Source: Candidatus Latescibacterota bacterium
GTDB lineage: Bacteria > Latescibacterota > UBA2968 > GCA-2709665
DNA length: 64,000 nucleotides
Reading direction: 5' to 3'
Assembly (NCBI GenBank): GCA_965205485.1
Contig: OZ242180.1
Location: 4,960,001-5,024,000, forward strand
Positions 40,242-49,448 of the stretch are shown here, piece after piece (positions within the stretch are counted from its first letter, which is position 1; every line of letters starts with the position of its first letter). The notes under the pieces are model-generated. The model worked only from the letters and a program-made list of their open reading frames with translations. It was not told the DNA's origin and ran no database searches. Both the position numbers and the translations under genes were made by a program.

Positions 40242-40367
40242 TCCGGAGCGAGGGCATCCCTGCCCTCGAACTTCGTGTGACCCGTAAATTCACGCATCAC
40301 GGAAACCCGCCTCGACATCAGAACATCATCCATTCGTGTCCGGAGCGAGGGCATCCTGCCCTCGCTC
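40242..40367 (+). repeat. Pair of REP-like hairpins
   Basis: tccggagcgagggcatcc(c)tgccctcg at 40242-40268 and 40339-40364. Confidence 0.65.
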
Positions 40368-40425
40368 TCGGGAACACCGACTGCGAAATGACCCTGACCT
40401 CGAGTGAACCCGGCATCGAGAAAAT

Positions 40426-40484
40426 ATTAATTTTTTAATTGACAAAATTCGAATCTTCCGTATGTTTTATATTAAGGAATTAAT
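40426..40484 (+). promoter_or_regulatory. blaI promoter flanked by two ATTAA-N4-TTAAT palindromes
   Basis: attaa-tttt-ttaat 40426-40439, TTGACA 40439-40444, attaa-ggaa-ttaat 40471-40484. Confidence 0.65.
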
Positions 40485-40552
40485 CGAAACCCGCCGGGCC
40501 GCGGCGGCACAAACCTTCAGGGCTTATTCTCATCCTCAAAGGAGTTCAGTAC

Positions 40553-40930
40553 ATGGCAAGGCCGAAGTCACCCACCCTTACGGAGGCCGAACTCAGGTTG
40601 ATGGACGTACTCTGGAAGAAGGAGGCAGCCACCGTGAGCGACGTTGTCGCCGCGCTGCCCGGTAACGAACCGCTGGCCTACAGTACGGTGTTGACAACGC
40701 TGAGAATTCTCGAGCGGAAAGGCTACGTGTCCCACGAAAAAGAGGGCAGGGCCTACGTCTACCAGCCGGTTGTCGGCCGCGAAGACGCCAGAAGAAGCGT
40801 GGTTCGCTACATGATGAGCCGGTTCTTCAACAATTCGCCCGAAGCGCTGATGCTGAACATCCTCGAGAACGAACCGGTGGACGGGGATGTCCTCGATCGT
40901 CTGAAACGAATGGTGGACGATAACAGTTAG
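40553..40930 (+). CDS. BlaI/MecI/CopY family repressor
   Basis: LTEAELRLMDVLW, AYSTVLTTLRILERKGYV, GRAYVY.P. Confidence 0.95.
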   Translation: MARPKSPTLTEAELRLMDVLWKKEAATVSDVVAALPGNEPLAYSTVLTTLRILERKGYVSHEKEGRAYVYQPVVGREDARRSVVRYMMSRFFNNSPEALMLNILENEPVDGDVLDRLKRMVDDNS

Positions 40931-40939
40931 GGACGTTTT

Positions 40940-43105
40940 ATGCTGGCGGCCTATGAGATATTCGACGCCGTTTCCCGTGTTGTGGTGTCCTCCGCGCTTG
41001 ACGGTCTCTGGAAGGGCATGGTCGTCACGATTGCCGTCGCGTGCCTGCTGAGCCTGGTCCGGTGGCTGAACGCCCGGACCCGGTACGTGATCTGGACGGC
41101 CACGATGATGGTGGTATTCGGACTGCACTGGACCGGAATCTGGAGTCCGCCGGATCGTGCGGCCACCGCAAGGATGTGGTTCAAGGCCGCGGAAACGGAC
41201 GTTCACGAGAAACCCGGTTCACGGACGCCGGGCAATGCGGACGCCTTTGAATCGTCGCCTGGCGCTGATCAGCCGAAACACATGGATCGCTCGTGGCCGG
41301 CGTCTGCGCCGGAACCGCGAGGCTGGTGGCCGCCGGCGGTCTTCGCGGTCTGGATGCTGGTTGCGTTGGCGCTTTCTGCCAGACTCTCTCTGGGTTTTCG
41401 GCTCCTCCGGCGCCTCAAACGGAGCGCAAAACCCCTTCCCGCCCGATATCAGGACAGATTACGCCGTCTGATCCGCTCCTGCGAGACGCGTCGCTGGGTG
41501 CGCCTCTGCAGTTCCACACAGGTGGTCGCTCCCGCGGCGACGGGTCTCTTCAGACCTGTGATTCTGATCCCCGAGTCCATGCTGGAGCGGCTGACGGAGG
41601 CGGAATTCGATCAGATAGTCCTGCACGAACTGGCGCACCTGCACCGGCTGGATGACTGGTCCAGGCTCCTGCAGGCGATTGTCGGTTGCGTTTTGTTCTT
41701 CCATCCTGCCGTTTGGTGGATCGGTCGACAGATGGACCTTGAGCGAGAAGTCGCGTGCGACGATACTGTGGTCGGCATAACCGGAGGAGCCAGAGGTTAC
41801 GCGGTCTGCCTCACCCGGCTGACCGAGATGTTGGCATCGCCGGTCGGGTTGACGATGGGAATCGGCGCCGCCGGAGACCGGAAGCAGGTCGTTCGGCGGG
41901 TCTCACGGCTGTTGAAAGCCCCGGGCGGCCGCGATCGGCGGCTGTCACGGGCCGGCCTCGTGCTGGCTTTCGGTCTGGTCCTTGCGGTATTGACACACTG
42001 CGGAGGCGGGCCCGCGGTCGAGGTGCCTGGCCGGTCGGAAGCCTTCGTCAGGCTGGCAACCATCAAGGACCGGCTGCTGTCATTCCTGCGGCTGGACGGC
42101 CTGCCCTCCAGTTCCGGGCGCTCGGACCTGGTTACGGTAATTGCGGATTCCATGGATGCCCGCATGTTGGGTAATCCCATCCGCGGCGTCTTCGAGAGGA
42201 TTATACGGACACCCGGTAAGGAGCGGCTATATCATGTCTCGTTCGTACGCGCGGGAGACTTCCGGGCGTTGCGTCGCAGGAATATCGTGATCGCGGCGCC
42301 GCTAGACGGAGACCACGAAGCAGCCAGGCTGGTACGCTCGCTGGTTCCGGACGGAAGGAGAGAAGCCATCCGAAACGGCGCGGCGCCAATTGTCATCCGC
42401 CGTGACGTGTGGGCGGACGACCAGGTCGTCGCGCTGATTACGGGCGAGGACCGCGGTGCGTTGAAAGCCAACTTCCTGACGGAAGCGGACCGGATTTACG
42501 GCGCGGTCGACGGGAAGCGGGATGAATGGGTCGCCGACATACTCTATCGATTCGGCGAACGAGAGACGCTCGCTTCGGAGTTGGCGGAGCGGTTCGGATG
42601 GCGCGTGCGAGTACCCTTCGGGTTCAATTTGATCGACACCCATGCCGATAGCGGGTTTGTCGTGTTCACGCGAACCCACGCCCGCGTGACGCAATGGATG
42701 TTTGTCTACCGCGAGGACGGAGTCAGGCCGGACCGGCTGACGGAGGCGTGGTGCATCCGGAAACGGAACGAGATCGCCGCGAGGTTTTTCGAAAACGACA
42801 TTGTGGATCCAACCGGTCTGACCGTGAGTCAGCGTGAGCTCGGAAGCCGGTTGGCCGTGTATCTGGAAGGACTGTGGCAGAACGACCTCTCGTGGAAGGG
42901 GGGACCGTTCAGAAGCTACGTATTGGTCGACGAGAAGAAGGACCGGCTCTATTTTCTGGACCTCGGGGTTTACGGCCCAAACAGAAGAAAAGAGACCTAT
43001 CTTCGTCAACTGGACGTTGTGGCCAGGACGTTCGAAACGGGGCCGTTCTACGAGGACCGGCTCGCGACGACGGGGACCCATGTCACGCACGGCATCGATG
43101 ACTGA
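40940..43105 (+). CDS. BlaR1-like M56 metallopeptidase with C-terminal DUF4837-like domain
   Basis: P..TGLFRP.ILIP, HELAH..R.D, FFHP.VW, ERE.ACD; C-half with RRNI, DVWA.DQ, GLW...GGPF.SY. Confidence 0.85.
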   Translation: MLAAYEIFDAVSRVVVSSALDGLWKGMVVTIAVACLLSLVRWLNARTRYVIWTATMMVVFGLHWTGIWSPPDRAATARMWFKAAETDVHEKPGSRTPGNADAFESSPGADQPKHMDRSWPASAPEPRGWWPPAVFAVWMLVALALSARLSLGFRLLRRLKRSAKPLPARYQDRLRRLIRSCETRRWVRLCSSTQVVAPAATGLFRPVILIPESMLERLTEAEFDQIVLHELAHLHRLDDWSRLLQAIVGCVLFFHPAVWWIGRQMDLEREVACDDTVVGITGGARGYAVCLTRLTEMLASPVGLTMGIGAAGDRKQVVRRVSRLLKAPGGRDRRLSRAGLVLAFGLVLAVLTHCGGGPAVEVPGRSEAFVRLATIKDRLLSFLRLDGLPSSSGRSDLVTVIADSMDARMLGNPIRGVFERIIRTPGKERLYHVSFVRAGDFRALRRRNIVIAAPLDGDHEAARLVRSLVPDGRREAIRNGAAPIVIRRDVWADDQVVALITGEDRGALKANFLTEADRIYGAVDGKRDEWVADILYRFGERETLASELAERFGWRVRVPFGFNLIDTHADSGFVVFTRTHARVTQWMFVYREDGVRPDRLTEAWCIRKRNEIAARFFENDIVDPTGLTVSQRELGSRLAVYLEGLWQNDLSWKGGPFRSYVLVDEKKDRLYFLDLGVYGPNRRKETYLRQLDVVARTFETGPFYEDRLATTGTHVTHGIDD

Positions 43106-43149
43106 CATCCGCGCGGGCAGAGGATGCTCGCTTTTTTTTGATACTAAAT

Positions 43150-43163
43150 ATTAATTCATTAAT
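43150..43163. promoter_or_regulatory. Third ATTAA-N4-TTAAT palindrome
   Basis: attaa-ttca-ttaat upstream of the TlpA-like gene. Confidence 0.6.
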
Positions 43164-43221
43164 TCTTTTTCTGGTCCGCTTGCGCGCGCGCGGACATGCA
43201 AAGAAGCCGCAAGGGAATGCG

Positions 43222-44028
43222 ATGAGACGAGCGAGAGGGTTTCCCCTGAAGCGCATCAATGCCGTTCTCACGACCCTGGTTCTCGGCCACATGTTCTACA
43301 TCTATACCACCTTTCCCTGAAAGATCCCTGTGTCCGTGGGTGCGGACGGAGAGGCGGATGCCGAACTGAAGAAGAGAGCGCCCGATTTTGTCCTCCAGGA
43401 TATCGATGGAAATCCCGTACGGGTCAGTGATTATGTGGGCAAGACCATTCTGATCGACTTCTGGGCGACATGGTGCGGGCCATGTGTTGATTCGCTGCCG
43501 CACCTGAACCGGGCGCACGTGTCAGAAACAGGTCTCGACCTTGTGGTCCTGGCGGTGAACATTGAATCTCTTGATATCGCTCGCAGATTCGTGGTGGAAA
43601 GGGACTATGACTTCATCACCTTGATTGATGAAGCAAACAAGGCCAGGAGACAGTACGGCGTCGATGCCATTCCGACGACGTTTCTGGTGGACAGGTTCGG
43701 TGTGTTGAGAGATCGGATCGTCGGAGGGTCCACTGTCTCACTGAAACTTGCGCTTTGGGGCGAGAAGCTGAGGCGATTGTTGGATATAAGAAGAGAACCG
43801 GGAACCCGAAAGGAGGCCGACGATGTTGCGTTACAAGAAGCCCGAAGCGGACCTGAAGCTGGCGTATCCCAAAGTCATGGCACGGAGTGTCGGAATTTCC
43901 ATCGTGTTTCTGCTGGTCCTTGCAGTGATGTTTCCCTCTTTCGAGATGGACACGCCGGCGCGGGTGCGCCGCCCCGAGGTGATCATTATCGAGACGATGC
44001 CCGATACCCGGCAACCGAACCGTCCTGA
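43222..44028 (+). CDS. TlpA/ResA-like thiol-disulfide oxidoreductase with in-frame TGA at 43318-43320 (recoded or pseudogene)
   Basis: Membrane anchor ORF and the APDF...DFWATWCGPC...IPTTFLVD ORF are in the same frame, separated by one TGA. Confidence 0.7.
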
Positions 44029-44464
44029 GCCCGAACGGCCCGAAGTGCCGATCGAAACAGATGACGACGAGGTGCCCGAAGACGTGACCATCGAGTCGAC
44101 GGAACTGGACCTGAACCGCGTACCCGTGGATCTGCCGTCTCCCGTGCGCCGGAAGACCGCGCCTGTCGAGGAGGAAGTCCTGGACTTCTGGCGGGTTGAG
44201 CAGAAACCCTCGCTGACCCGTTTCACGATGCCGGTCTACCCTGAATTGGCGAGGAAAGCCGGACTGGAGGGGGTGGTGTTCGTGGCGTTCACGGTGGGCG
44301 CGGACGGAAGCGTCAGAAAGGTCCGTGCCGTACGAGGACCGGAGACCTTCAGGAAGGCGGCGATCGAGGCGGTTTCGCAGTTCGTATTCGAGCCGGCCGT
44401 GCAGAACGACCGCGCGGTCCCGGTGAAGATGTCGATGCCCATCCGGTTCCGGCTGAACGATTGA
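43823..44464 (+). CDS. TonB-family energy transducer
   Basis: N-terminal TM, Pro/Glu-rich linker, YPELARKAGLEG.V...F.PA...PIRF. Confidence 0.9.
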   Translation: MLRYKKPEADLKLAYPKVMARSVGISIVFLLVLAVMFPSFEMDTPARVRRPEVIIIETMPDTRQPNRPEPERPEVPIETDDDEVPEDVTIESTELDLNRVPVDLPSPVRRKTAPVEEEVLDFWRVEQKPSLTRFTMPVYPELARKAGLEGVVFVAFTVGADGSVRKVRAVRGPETFRKAAIEAVSQFVFEPAVQNDRAVPVKMSMPIRFRLND

Positions 44465-44478
44465 GCGTTACGGGGGCT

Positions 44479-45702
44479 CTACAGGTCGTTCGGATCAACC
44501 GTGAGGAGTTCCATGTGTTCCTTGTTGACCGAGTAGGCCACGATCAGCCGGTCCTGTTCGACCAGCACGCAGGGATACTGGTGGCCGTGCGCCTTGAGTG
44601 CGCCGGGAAACGCAATGGCGGTGGGTTCGTTGATCAGAAAGTACTGCCGCTCGAATTTCAAGCCGTCCGACGAAATGGAAATCATCAGGGGCACCCGGTT
44701 CAACAGGTCGGCAATGGCGTTGTTGATGAGGAAATAACGCCCGTCTGCGAGGCGTCCCGCGCTGACGCGGGACTTCGAGTCGGGAACATTCGACAGCATG
44801 GGCGGCGTCCAGCTTCGGCCGCCGTCCCGGCTGACCGCCACACGCAGCCTCATCTCGTCCGTCTCGTTCCGGTGGAACATGAATATCGCGCCATCGTCCG
44901 TTTCGTACCACGATGCTTCTCCGTACGGAAACCGTCCCGAATCCATTCCACGCGAACCGTCGTAGGGGATCTCCACGATCTCAGGACGATCCAGAGGATC
45001 CGCTCCAGGCCAGAGAAACACGATCGGGTGTCCTCGCCGTGACCCGGCGCACAGAAGCCTGCCCTCCCGCGTCAACCGCGGCGTCTCGAACCAGTAGCAG
45101 TCCCCGGCGACTTCGCGCTCCGTCCAGCTTTTGCCGTCACCGGATACGAAGAGACTAACGCTGCAGGTGATCCTGCTCTCGTCTCTGGCGCTCATCCCCG
45201 GTCTGCGCGCCTCCCCGCCCCCGGTTTTCGTCTGCACGAATGCGATGAGACGGTCGTCATAACCCATGATTCCACCAGTATTTCTCCACATCCTTCCCTG
45301 GGCGTCGCCAGGCGCCACGCAAACCGGCCGTGACCATGCGGCCAGATCCTCGCTGTGTGTAATCATGGTCCGCTGGCCAGGCGCCTCCTCGTCCAAGCGT
45401 CCGTTCGAGAAGACGTACCAGTATTTTCCACGCCATCTGCAGATGCCGGCCTGATGATTGTAGGTACCGAAACCCCGCGAACCTGTCGCCACACGAATTC
45501 GCCGGATCGGTGCCTGGTCGAACCATGCCGGCCAATCCCTTCCGTCGGGCCGGGTGCAACCCGCCTTTGCGAACTGCGACGTTACGAGGTTATCCCTTAC
45601 CCTCTGCCTGAGTTCGGGCGTGAGCATGGAGATACGTGTTTCCGTGTAAATGTCCGGTACGGGCATGACCGGATTCCTCTTGTTTGCTCGCGACTTCACC
45701 AT
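44479..45702 (-). CDS. Sialidase-like BNR/Asp-box beta-propeller
   Basis: S.DG.SW Asp boxes, QYP near C-terminus. Confidence 0.75.
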   Translation of the reverse strand: MVKSRANKRNPVMPVPDIYTETRISMLTPELRQRVRDNLVTSQFAKAGCTRPDGRDWPAWFDQAPIRRIRVATGSRGFGTYNHQAGICRWRGKYWYVFSNGRLDEEAPGQRTMITHSEDLAAWSRPVCVAPGDAQGRMWRNTGGIMGYDDRLIAFVQTKTGGGEARRPGMSARDESRITCSVSLFVSGDGKSWTEREVAGDCYWFETPRLTREGRLLCAGSRRGHPIVFLWPGADPLDRPEIVEIPYDGSRGMDSGRFPYGEASWYETDDGAIFMFHRNETDEMRLRVAVSRDGGRSWTPPMLSNVPDSKSRVSAGRLADGRYFLINNAIADLLNRVPLMISISSDGLKFERQYFLINEPTAIAFPGALKAHGHQYPCVLVEQDRLIVAYSVNKEHMELLTVDPNDL

Positions 45703-45715
45703 TGGATGACGGCGG

Positions 45716-47326
45716 TCAATCGACGACGTTGACGACGACCTCGACTTCGTCTACCGTAATGTCGCTGGTTTCGGCGCGGTTTTTCTCGACCAGCCTGATG
45801 CCCAGGGTATTGTCGCCGTGGATTGCGGGCGGAGACGTCAGACCGACGCGGAATTCAGTGTATGGCGCCAGTGGACGCCCCTCCCACGCCGGTCGGCCTT
45901 GCGGATGCCAGATCGACCTGATCGCGCCGGCCGGAATCTCCCGGGCATTGAGCGATACGGCAATCTCATCCTCGGGTCTCTTTCCGATGGCTCTGAAAAT
46001 CAGCCAGGCGCCCGGGGGTTTGCCGGCGCGGTTGAATGTGCCCGCGTATACGCCGCGCTCGTCCAGAGGCAGGTCGGCTTCCTCCGGCAGGCGCTCGCAG
46101 ATCCGGAACGGGAATTCCGCGCTCGGACCGGACTCGCTCACGGTTGCACGGCGATGCGGGATGACGATGTTCCGGTAGCCCTTCGGGTGGAGTTCGTGCG
46201 CCCAGAGCGGCAGGAAGAGATAGTGCCTGTCTCCACCGGCAACCGCATCCGGGTCCTTGAGGGTGTTGAAATACCCCAACGCCCCGGGGTACATGTCCGC
46301 CGGACCGGGATAGCTCCTGCTGCGTAGCTGACCCCACATGTAGACGTCGTAGTTGTGCGTGGAAATCCCGTCGGCGCCGGATTCGTAGAAGTTGCGGACG
46401 GCGGCGCGGTAGTTGTCCAGCGACATGATCGTACAGTTTCCCGGCACGTCGGCCTGAATGGCGGGATAAAGGAAGCAGTTGGCGGCGCCGCGGACAATAC
46501 GGGCGAATTCGTCGACCTTCATATTGAAATTGGTGTAGTGGTAGTCGGTGGGCGCGACGTAGTCGACCAGCCCTTCCCCGACCCACGTGCGTACGTCGAA
46601 CCCGAAATGCCGGCATTCATCCAGCGTCGTGGGCACCCTGACACCCAAAAGGAGACGGCGGCCCCTCTTCCTGCTGTTCCTGTCCAGCATCGCCCGCAGG
46701 CGCCGCATGAAGTCGGACATCACCGGATGCCGGCTGCGGGCCTCGGAGGGCGGAAAACAGTACCCATGACGGACGAAATTGAGTTCAATGCCGTCCACGT
46801 CGAATCGGGCGGGTACCTCCTCGATGATTGAGAAAACCCAGTCCCGCACGTCGGACAGCGAGTAGTCAACGCCATGTCCGAGGTCCTTCAGGATCCACCG
46901 GGGATGCGCTTCGAAAAAGGGCTTGTTTACGCCGTGACGATCGTTCATCCGGAAGCCCGCGAGCAGCTCGATGCCCTGGTTGCGGGCTTCGTCGACGAAT
47001 GTGTCCAGGGGCATCACGCCGCCGTCCATCATCGCGTCGAATCGGCCGAATGCCGGCGACCGCCAGTTCGGGCATCTGCGGCTGCGGTAGTAGGCGATGA
47101 GGCCGTCGAAATACACTTCCGGGACATAGGCGTCGGCGCCTCCGGAAGCGATATTGCGTATCCACGCACGGAGGTGATCGGGTTCGGCCGGATCGCCGAA
47201 TAGGAAGGTACCCGTCCCGAAATGGGACCCCATGTCGCTGGTGTGAATGAGACGCCGGCTTCCCCTCGGAACGCCCCAGGGGATGCCTGAAGCCCGCGCT
47301 CGGTCGTTCGACGTTAGCTGCGCCAT
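45716..47326 (-). CDS. Glycoside hydrolase family 10-like (DUF187) TIM-barrel protein
   Basis: GFRMND.H, DYS...VR, DVDGIELNF.R, W..EGLVD, GADGI...N. Confidence 0.7.
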   Translation of the reverse strand: MAQLTSNDRARASGIPWGVPRGSRRLIHTSDMGSHFGTGTFLFGDPAEPDHLRAWIRNIASGGADAYVPEVYFDGLIAYYRSRRCPNWRSPAFGRFDAMMDGGVMPLDTFVDEARNQGIELLAGFRMNDRHGVNKPFFEAHPRWILKDLGHGVDYSLSDVRDWVFSIIEEVPARFDVDGIELNFVRHGYCFPPSEARSRHPVMSDFMRRLRAMLDRNSRKRGRRLLLGVRVPTTLDECRHFGFDVRTWVGEGLVDYVAPTDYHYTNFNMKVDEFARIVRGAANCFLYPAIQADVPGNCTIMSLDNYRAAVRNFYESGADGISTHNYDVYMWGQLRSRSYPGPADMYPGALGYFNTLKDPDAVAGGDRHYLFLPLWAHELHPKGYRNIVIPHRRATVSESGPSAEFPFRICERLPEEADLPLDERGVYAGTFNRAGKPPGAWLIFRAIGKRPEDEIAVSLNAREIPAGAIRSIWHPQGRPAWEGRPLAPYTEFRVGLTSPPAIHGDNTLGIRLVEKNRAETSDITVDEVEVVVNVVD

Positions 47327-47500
47327 GGCGGATCCAACCCTTGTGATCTGGATCGAGCGTTACGTCGGCCGGTATGGAGTTCCAATTTGACTTTCTACCA
47401 TAACACGCTTATAGTCAATGTGTTATTCGTGTTTTTGGATGCCGGATCGGTTGTCGGATTGGATCTTGAACAGTTCTGAACTATGCACGGATGGTTACGC

Positions 47501-48025
47501 ATGGGACGCAGTCTCCCCCTTTGCCTGAATCAGTTGCAACTGCGTTTTTCCGATACCCAGCAGGTATCGGAAGAGCCGGTAATTCCGGCCCGATGCGTAC
47601 GGTGCGGCATCCTTGTTCAGGTCCCCGGGTGGATGATACGTCGAAAGGTGCGGCTCCACTTTTGCGGCAAAGCCTGCCTCGAGTCGTGGGCAACCGTAGA
47701 TTCGGATGTCGGGGAGCGACCGGCTTTGAAGGGCCGACCGCAATTCAGGGGTGGGAACTGGAAGGTTCTGGCCGCGCTGGCGAGAGAACGGGACGGCTTC
47801 CGCTGCCGGAACTGCGGTGTCACGGAGGAGACGCTGGGACGGCAACTCGACGTCCATCACAAGATACCGGTCCGGCTTTTCGCGTCTGCAGCGGCGGCCA
47901 ACCGTCCCGACAATCTGATCTCGGTCTGCCGGCCGTGCCACAAGCGTATGGAAGACAGGACGGCGGACGAACTTCCACTCTTCCGCGACGTGAGGCACCC
48001 CGGCCAGCGGCGGAATCGCGGATGA
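47501..48025 (+). CDS. HNH endonuclease with N-terminal Cys-rich zinc-binding module
   Basis: CVRC...FCGKAC, RDGFRCRNCG, LDVHHKIP, NLISVC..CH. Confidence 0.8.
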   Translation: MGRSLPLCLNQLQLRFSDTQQVSEEPVIPARCVRCGILVQVPGWMIRRKVRLHFCGKACLESWATVDSDVGERPALKGRPQFRGGNWKVLAALARERDGFRCRNCGVTEETLGRQLDVHHKIPVRLFASAAAANRPDNLISVCRPCHKRMEDRTADELPLFRDVRHPGQRRNRG

Positions 48026-48048
48026 GGTTGAATGTCGGATAAAGGGCG

Positions 48049-49281
48049 CTAAAGTGCGTTCTTCTCTCCGAACAGGCGTTCACAGACCTTCCCGGCGCGT
48101 TCCTGGTAGCCGTCGGGGACAAAGACGTACAGCTTCCATAGGCGTTCGTACTGGTCCTCCACCGCCTTGACGTCGAACGGCGGACTGTCAAGGGGCTCAT
48201 TGAGACGCCGAACTCCGGTCTTCGTTTTCGTAAAGACCCTGGCCTCCTTGATGGAGGAAATGTCCGGACAGTACAGGATAACCTGATCGGGCTCGACCAC
48301 GATGGCGTCGGCAATTTCGCGTTCCACCCGCTGTCTCGACTCGACGGACCTGGTATACGATGCGATCAACTCATCCCTTGCGCGCCGGCCGATTTCTCCG
48401 GTGGACAATACGTATGCACGCTTCAGCAGATTGCGGTAGACCACGCCGCGGACCAGGCGTTCGATGCGCTCGTCCTTTCGCGCGATGAGAGACCGGAGAA
48501 GCCCGCCGTCGGTATGGTTCAGAATGTCCTCCTCCCGAAGGCCCAGTTGCACGGCCAACTCCACGGCCTTGGCAATCATCGCGCCGGACGCCACTTTCGC
48601 ATGGTGGAAGTAGACACGTTCGGTCAGGAAATATCGCAGGCGAAGCAGATGAAGCAGTTCCGTCCGGGTGCTGAGTTTCTCGAGGTTGATGGCGAGCTTG
48701 TTGTCAGCAACGATGAAAGTACTCAGAATGCGGTCGTCGTAGTCGTGCTTCAGGCCCGCGAAATAGGCGTCGCGGCGCAGGTAGTCCAGCAGGTCCGCGT
48801 CGACTGTGCTGCTAACGATCTGCCGCATCCAGGGCGGATCGAATCCGCGTTCGGTCAGGAGGGCGACCACCTCCTCTCGCTGACCGGATGCGTCGAGTGC
48901 GCCTGCCAGCTGGTCCTGCGAAAGCGCCCGCCGCATCCGTTCCGCCGAATCGTGGCGCGGAAAAAGCTTGCGTTCGTCTTCGAAGGTATGGCCGAACGGG
49001 AGATGAGACACGTCGTGGACGAGCGCCGCCAGAACAACCGTTGTCTCCTGTTCGGGGCTCACGCCGGTCCCGGAGCCTCTGAGGACGCCGACAATGTGCC
49101 TTGCCATCGCGGCCGTGCCCAGGGAGTGTTCGAACCGGGTATGCGTACACCCCGGATAGACGAGATGGGCCGTGCCCGTCTGTCGGATGCCCCGCAGCCG
49201 CTGGAACTGGCGGGTATCCATCAGCCGGCGTTCCACCTCCCCAAACCGGATGTCGCCGTGGATCGGATCTCGAATGATCAT
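48049..49281 (-). CDS. HD-domain phosphohydrolase (SAMHD1/dNTPase-like)
   Basis: RDPIHG, FQRLR.I.Q.G, HTRFEHSLG, HD..H.PFGH, DAD.LDY..RD, VYFH. Confidence 0.9.
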   Translation of the reverse strand: MIIRDPIHGDIRFGEVERRLMDTRQFQRLRGIRQTGTAHLVYPGCTHTRFEHSLGTAAMARHIVGVLRGSGTGVSPEQETTVVLAALVHDVSHLPFGHTFEDERKLFPRHDSAERMRRALSQDQLAGALDASGQREEVVALLTERGFDPPWMRQIVSSTVDADLLDYLRRDAYFAGLKHDYDDRILSTFIVADNKLAINLEKLSTRTELLHLLRLRYFLTERVYFHHAKVASGAMIAKAVELAVQLGLREEDILNHTDGGLLRSLIARKDERIERLVRGVVYRNLLKRAYVLSTGEIGRRARDELIASYTRSVESRQRVEREIADAIVVEPDQVILYCPDISSIKEARVFTKTKTGVRRLNEPLDSPPFDVKAVEDQYERLWKLYVFVPDGYQERAGKVCERLFGEKNAL

Positions 49282-49448
49282 TGATCGGAGCCTCGATAAC
49301 CAGATGCCGCCGCCGCCCACATGCCCGCCAGCCGTCCAAAGGTAACCAATCGGCCGACACGTGGCAACGCAAACGCACCATGCGAAACGGGCCGCCGGTG
49401 AAGGAGCCCGGCAGCCCGTTTGTGTGCGTTGACACTCAATGCAGTTGC

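Noticed and set aside
40553..43105. Beta-lactam resistance locus
   Set aside because: No beta-lactamase or PBP gene, and the sensor lacks a recognisable SxxK penicillin-binding domain
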